Origin: an uncultured Acidobacteriota bacterium | Lineage (GTDB): Bacteria; Acidobacteriota; Vicinamibacteria; Fen-336 | DNA: 64,000 nucleotides | Assembly: GCA_963720545.1 (NCBI GenBank) | Contig: OY970399.1 | Coordinates: 2,880,001-2,944,000 of the forward strand | Reading direction: 5' to 3' | Shown here: positions 62,758 through 64,000 of the stretch, piece by piece | Numbering within the stretch: position 1 is the stretch's first letter | Layout of the letters: each line of letters opens with the position of its first letter | Made by a program: the position numbers and the translations under genes | The notes under the pieces: generated by a model | The model's input: the letters and a program-made list of their open reading frames with translations, nothing else | Database searches by the model: none | Told to the model about the DNA's origin: nothing

Positions 62758-64000
62758 ATGGTTGAACTGCGCGAGCCGCTCGACAGCCTCATCGCCCCGT
62801 CCAGTCGTTTCACCGCACAGACCACGTTCCCGCGGGCGAACGAGATCCGCCTCTACGACACGACGCTGCGCGACGGCGAGCAGACCCCCGGCGTCGCCTT
62901 CACGCCAGAGCAGAAGTACGAGCTCGCCTGCATGCTGTCGGATGCCGGGCTGCACATCATCGACATGGGGTTCCCGTCGGCGGCGCCGTCCGAGCGCAAG
63001 GCGCTGACGCTCATCCTCGAGGGCAAGAAGCAGGGCCGCATCCGCGAGGACCTCGAGGTCATCGTCATGTGCCGCTCCAACGCGCGCGACATCGACATCA
63101 CCCTCGACACCCTGAAGGACATGGGCGCGGCCCCCGACGCCTGCACCTTCTTCATCTTCACCTCGGGTTCCGACCTGCACCTCAAGTACAAGATCGGCAA
63201 GACGCTGCTGGCGCTCGAGGGCCGCAAGAGCGAAGAGTGGCTCGACCTGCCGGTGTCCTTCTACCGCGAAGCGAACAACAACATGGCGTGCAAGGCGATC
63301 GCGCATGCGCGCAGCCGCGGCGTCCTGAAGGTGGAGTTCGGCGGCGAGGACGGCTCGCGAGCGGATGTCTCCTACCTCATCGAGCTGGCCACGGCGTGCT
63401 ACAAAGCTGGCGGCACCCGCTACTCGTTCCCCGACACCGTGGGCTTCTTTGCACCAGAGGGCGTCGACTTCTACATCCCGCAGCTGGTGGCGGCGTTTCC
63501 CGACAAGCCGCTCGTCATCCACTTCCACAACGACTTCGGCCTCGGCGCCTACAACACGGTGCGCGCGCTGCACCACGGCGCCACCATTCCCACCTGCACG
63601 GTCAACGGCGTCGGCGAGCGCGCCGGCAACGCGCCGCTGCACACCACGGTGATGATGCTGAAGGAGCTGTACGGTGTCACCGTGCCGGGCTTCCGCTACG
63701 ACATGTTGTGGCCGCTGAAGCGCAAGGTCGAGGAGATGACCGGCCTGCCGGTGGGCGCCACCGAGCCGATCATCGGCCACAACGTCTTCACCCACGAGAC
63801 CGGGATCCACACCGCCGGCATCACCATCCACCCGGCGATCTACCAGGTGATCGAGCCGGCTTCGGTCGGCGGCGAGCTGCGCTTCCTGTTCGGCAAGCAC
63901 TCCGGTGCCATGGCGATCGAGGCCGTGCTGAACCGGCACCGCGCCGAGCTCGACAAGGCGGGCGTCGCGGTGACCGCCGAGCTGGTGCAGCTGCTGCTGC
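62758..64000 (+). CDS. DRE-TIM metallolyase of the 2-isopropylmalate/homocitrate synthase family; runs off the right edge
   Basis: Manual translation: MVELREP...LYDTTLRDGEQTPG, PDTVG, HFHNDFGL, NGVGERAGNA, HETGIH, GKHSG. Confidence 0.9.
   Translation, partial: MVELREPLDSLIAPSSRFTAQTTFPRANEIRLYDTTLRDGEQTPGVAFTPEQKYELACMLSDAGLHIIDMGFPSAAPSERKALTLILEGKKQGRIREDLEVIVMCRSNARDIDITLDTLKDMGAAPDACTFFIFTSGSDLHLKYKIGKTLLALEGRKSEEWLDLPVSFYREANNNMACKAIAHARSRGVLKVEFGGEDGSRADVSYLIELATACYKAGGTRYSFPDTVGFFAPEGVDFYIPQLVAAFPDKPLVIHFHNDFGLGAYNTVRALHHGATIPTCTVNGVGERAGNAPLHTTVMMLKELYGVTVPGFRYDMLWPLKRKVEEMTGLPVGATEPIIGHNVFTHETGIHTAGITIHPAIYQVIEPASVGGELRFLFGKHSGAMAIEAVLNRHRAELDKAGVAVTAELVQLLL

Overview
High-GC bacterial chromosomal window. 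The aroD-aroE fusion, short HisG plus HisZ and the ACIII/cox cluster suggest an Acidobacteriota-like organism (inference only). Left to right it contains: (1) the 5' part of a minus-strand respiratory operon: a frameshift-riddled, apparently fused ActC-ActD, ActF, a cupredoxin-like secreted protein and cytochrome c oxidase subunit I; (2) an orphan DUF2442 gene; (3) a split gene cluster (Mrp/ApbC ATPase, CxxC-PCP_red protein, ferredoxin ... split-barrel protein, degenerate nucleotidyltransferase, tandem-USP protein, radical SAM/SPASM enzyme) in which three proteins carry four copies of a ~50-aa PCP_red-like domain, interrupted by a two-gene cassette bounded by 73-78 bp palindromic direct repeats and by a HEAT/ankyrin gene; (4) assorted hydrolases, redox enzymes, transporters and DUF genes; (5) a ~16 kb tightly packed aroDE-thiF/moeB-his-trp super-operon; (6) a MocR regulator, ABC exporter, fused CoA-transferase, thiolase and rho; (7) a ~960 bp non-coding element with inverted arrays of ~74-80 bp hairpin repeats around a palindrome-rich core; (8) a CCA enzyme and ilvE; (9) a three-gene ATP-grasp/glutamine-amidotransferase peptide-ligase cluster with a divergent LeuA/homocitrate-synthase-like gene. 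No rRNA, tRNA, CRISPR array, cas gene or transposase was recognised. All family calls come from motif recognition by eye, not from database searches.
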